A model generated the notes under the pieces. It searched no databases. It had not been told where the DNA came from and was given only the letters and a program-made list of their open reading frames with translations. Made by a program: the position numbers and the translations under genes. 38,703 bases of DNA from Candidatus Limnocylindria bacterium (GTDB lineage Bacteria; Chloroflexota; Limnocylindria; Limnocylindrales; CSP1-4): assembly GCA_041482475.1 (NCBI GenBank), contig JBGPDX010000003.1, forward strand, positions 1-38,703. The letters are read 5' to 3'. Shown here in pieces: positions 35,751 to 38,703 of this stretch; position 1 is the first letter of the stretch; every line of letters begins with the position of its first letter.

Positions 35751-36713
35751 ATGGCGACGGGCACGGGTTCGACGAGTGGCCGCCGTTCGACGAGTGGCCG
35801 CGATTCGACGGAGCGCGCGCTGCGGCGCGCTCTCGAGGGCGTCGGCGGGCTGCTCCTCGATCTCGACGGCGTCATCGTCCTCGCCGAGAAGCCGGTGCCC
35901 GGCTCGCCACAGGCCCTCCGCGAGCTCACCGAACGCGGCGTCCCATTCCGGATCGTGACCAACACCTCGCTGGTCAGCCGCGCGACCCTGTCGCGCTGGA
36001 GCGAGCGGCTGGGGGCGCCGGTGCCGGCGGATCGATTCCAGTCGGCCCTGTCCGTGGCCGCCGCATGGACGGCCAGGCGGTACCCGGGCCGGCAGCTGTT
36101 CGTCCTCGCCTCGGACGACGCACTCGCCGAGTTCGCCGGCCAGCGCCTGCTGACGGCCGACCAGGCTGCAGCTCGCGGGGCGACCGCCGCGGCCGTAGTC
36201 GTCGGCGATTCGCCCGAGTCCGCGACCTGGGCCAACCTGAATCTCGCCTTCCGCCTGTTGCGCCGGGGGGCCGAGCTGATCGGCATGCACAAGAACCGCT
36301 GGTGGATCACGCCGGACGGCCCGACGCTCGATTCGGGCGCCTTCGTCGCCGGCCTCGAGTACGCCAGCGGGGTCAAGGCACGGATCGTCGGCAAGCCGGC
36401 ACGGGCGTTCTTCGCCGCTGCAGCCACGGACCTCGCCGCGGACGTCCCAGGCGCGGGCGCCCGCCTGCGCCGGGCCGACGTCGCGATGGTCGGCGACGAC
36501 ATCTGGACCGACGTCCTCGCGGCGCGCCGGGCCGGCCTGCGCGGGATCCTCGTGCTGAGCGGCAAGCACGGCCAGGCGGAGCTCGCCAGGGCCGCCGCCC
36601 AGCGACGGGGCGGCGGGACACCGGATGCCATCGCCGCCTCGCTGGCCGAGGTCGTTGCCGCGCTAGACTGGCCTCCCAACCCCGCCTCCCGCACCCGAGG
36701 GCCCAATCCGTGA
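35751..36713 (+). CDS. HAD-IIA phosphatase (NagD/LHPP-like)
   Basis: DLDGV, VTNTS, GKP, MVGDDIWTD, SGK; TACGCT 6 nt upstream. Confidence 0.9.
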   Translation: MATGTGSTSGRRSTSGRDSTERALRRALEGVGGLLLDLDGVIVLAEKPVPGSPQALRELTERGVPFRIVTNTSLVSRATLSRWSERLGAPVPADRFQSALSVAAAWTARRYPGRQLFVLASDDALAEFAGQRLLTADQAAARGATAAAVVVGDSPESATWANLNLAFRLLRRGAELIGMHKNRWWITPDGPTLDSGAFVAGLEYASGVKARIVGKPARAFFAAAATDLAADVPGAGARLRRADVAMVGDDIWTDVLAARRAGLRGILVLSGKHGQAELARAAAQRRGGGTPDAIAASLAEVVAALDWPPNPASRTRGPNP

Positions 36714-38287
36714 CGACCCAAGCCAGGCCCCGCCTGAAGATCACCTACGCGACGCTCCGGAACGACAACGAGGAGCTCCACGCCCAGTTCGACGCGGGCG
36801 TGGCGAAGGTCCGGTCGACGCTGGGCCAGCGGCACCAGAACTACATCGGCGGCTCGTGGCGGGATGGCGACGGCGTGTTCGAGAAGCGGACACCGATCGA
36901 CGGCTCGGTCATGGGGACGTTCGCGAAGGGCAGCCGCCGGGACGTCCAGGACGCCATCGCGGCCGCCCGCACCGCGTTCCCGGCCTGGGGCCGCCGGCCG
37001 TGGCAGGAGCGGGTGGCGCTGCTGCGCCGCGCGGCGGACATCATCAGTGAGCGGCAGATGGAGTTCGGGGCCCTGCTCGCGATGGAGGTCGGCAAGAACC
37101 GGCTGGAGGCGCTCGGCGACGTCGAGGAGACCGCGGATCTCATCCGCTGGTCGTGCGACATGATGGATCGCAACCACGGCTTCGACGACGAGATGGGCAA
37201 CCTGGGCGACAAGGCCGTCCACACCCGCTCGGTCCTCAGGCCGTACGGTGTGTGGGGCGTCATCAGCCCCTTCAACTTCCCGTTCGCCCTGTCCGGCGGG
37301 CCGGCGGGGGGCGCCCTCGTTGCCGGCAACACCGTCGTCTACAAGCCGTCGTCCGACGCGCCGCTGTCCGGCGTCCTGCTGACCCGGACGTTCATCGACG
37401 CGGGCCTGCCGGCCGGCGTGTTCAACATGGTCGCCGGGCCAGGAGAGTCGGTCGGGGCCGAGATCCAGGAGAACGACGGCGTCGACGGCGTCATCTTCAC
37501 CGGCTCGTTCGCGGTGGGGTTCCACCTCTACAAGAACTTCGCCAGGCGGTTTCCGAAGCCGGTCATCGTCGAGATGGGCGGCAAGAACCCGGCCATCGTG
37601 TCGCGCAAGGCCGACCTCGACGAGGCCGCCGAGGGGATCATGCGCAGCGCCTTCGGCTTCACCGGCCAGAAGTGCTCGGCCAACAGCCGGGTCTACGTCG
37701 AGCGACCGGTCCACGACGAGCTCGTCCGTCGGCTGGTCGAGAAGACCGAGGCCATCGCCATCGGCGACCCCGTCAAGCGGGAGAACTGGCTTGGCCCGCT
37801 GATCAACGAGAAGGCGGTCGCCCGCTACGAGCGGGCCGCAAGCGAGGCGCGCCGCGACGGGCGGCTGGTCATCGGCGGCGAGCGGGTCACGGAGAACGGC
37901 CTCGAGGCCGGGTTCTTCGTCGCTCCAACGATCGCTACCCAGTTGCCGACCAGCCATCGGTTGTTCAAGGACGAGTTGTTCCTGCCGTTCACCGTCGTCG
38001 CCCCGGTCGATTCGATCGACGAGGCGCTGCGCCTGTCGAACGACACGGTCCTGGGCCTGACGGCGGGCTTCTATTCCGAGGACCGGGCCGAGATCGACCG
38101 CTTCCTCGACGAGATCGAGGCCGGCGTCGTGTACGTCAACCGGCGGGCCGGCGCCACGACCGGGGCATGGCCCGGGATCCAGCCGTTCGGCGGCTGGAAA
38201 GGCTCGACGGCCACCGGCAAGGCCGGCGGTGGCTTCTACTACGTCCAGCAGTTCATGCGCGAGCAGAGCCAGACGATCGTCGACTAG
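36710..38287 (+). CDS. Aldehyde dehydrogenase, 1-pyrroline-5-carboxylate dehydrogenase-like
   Basis: ISPFNFP, FTGS, EMGGKNP, GQKCSA, ELFLP, YVNR..TTGA...QPFGGWKGS; GTGA overlap with the HAD gene. Confidence 0.9.
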   Translation: MTTQARPRLKITYATLRNDNEELHAQFDAGVAKVRSTLGQRHQNYIGGSWRDGDGVFEKRTPIDGSVMGTFAKGSRRDVQDAIAAARTAFPAWGRRPWQERVALLRRAADIISERQMEFGALLAMEVGKNRLEALGDVEETADLIRWSCDMMDRNHGFDDEMGNLGDKAVHTRSVLRPYGVWGVISPFNFPFALSGGPAGGALVAGNTVVYKPSSDAPLSGVLLTRTFIDAGLPAGVFNMVAGPGESVGAEIQENDGVDGVIFTGSFAVGFHLYKNFARRFPKPVIVEMGGKNPAIVSRKADLDEAAEGIMRSAFGFTGQKCSANSRVYVERPVHDELVRRLVEKTEAIAIGDPVKRENWLGPLINEKAVARYERAASEARRDGRLVIGGERVTENGLEAGFFVAPTIATQLPTSHRLFKDELFLPFTVVAPVDSIDEALRLSNDTVLGLTAGFYSEDRAEIDRFLDEIEAGVVYVNRRAGATTGAWPGIQPFGGWKGSTATGKAGGGFYYVQQFMREQSQTIVD

Positions 38288-38379
38288 GGACCTTCGGGCG
38301 GGCCGTCCCGGGGTAGCCGTCCGATATACTCCGGAGGCGTATCCACGCTGCATCATTCCCATGCCCTCGAGGTGCGTCC

Positions 38380-38703
38380 TTGCCCGCGTCCCCGTCACGG
38401 CTCGCCGGCTCACGGCCCGTGCCCCACATCGTCACCGAGCTCCCCGGGCCGAAGGCCAGGGCGCACATCGCGTTCGACGAGACGTGGACCTCGCGCAGCC
38501 TGCCGCGGGCGTACCCGATCGTCCCGGTCCGGGGCGAGGGGCTGACGGTCGAGGACATCGATGGCAACCTGTTCCTCGACTTCGCCGCGGGGATCGCGGT
38601 CACCTCGACCGGCCACGCCCACCCGGCGGTCGTCGGGGCGATCAAGGAGCAGGCGGCCGACCTCATCCACTTCAGTGCCTCGGACTTCTATCTGCCGATC
38701 TAC
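38380..38703 (+). CDS. Class-III PLP aminotransferase (GabT/ArgD-like), 5' part only
   Basis: Hand translation: PHIVTELPGPKA...GEGLTVEDIDGNLFLDFAAGIAVTSTGHAHP; TTG start after GAGGTG. Confidence 0.88.
   Translation, partial: MPASPSRLAGSRPVPHIVTELPGPKARAHIAFDETWTSRSLPRAYPIVPVRGEGLTVEDIDGNLFLDFAAGIAVTSTGHAHPAVVGAIKEQAADLIHFSASDFYLPIY

Overview
High-GC bacterial chromosomal window. The gene set and style suggest Chloroflexota or a similar Terrabacteria lineage (inference only). It holds about 33 genes: Ni-superoxide dismutase sodN with its maturation protease sodX, a nitronate monooxygenase (NMO), a secreted tandem cupredoxin, a LysM membrane protein, a holin-like/lysA/yitJ/TPM-DUF2207 run, GNAT, DUF885, a glycogen cluster (GH13, two GH57, glgP, glgA) with an embedded GntR and a 40-aa membrane peptide, ACT, TauE, a histone-H1-like protein, tRNA-Gly(TCC), a Ca2+/H+ antiporter, an FtsH paralog, fabI, and a HAD/ALDH/class-III aminotransferase run. 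No CRISPR array, rRNA, transposase or integrase is visible. The most unusual feature is at about 1350-2940. The NMO gene sits in a 1.25-kb piece of DNA bounded by 35-bp inverted repeats (34/35 identical), each fused to an outward-facing sigma70-like promoter. A gene appears cut off at each junction: a threonine-aldolase N-terminus on the left and a divergent leaderless ORF on the right. A 16-bp direct repeat lies outside both ends. This looks like a gene-capture or mobile cassette of a type I do not recognise.
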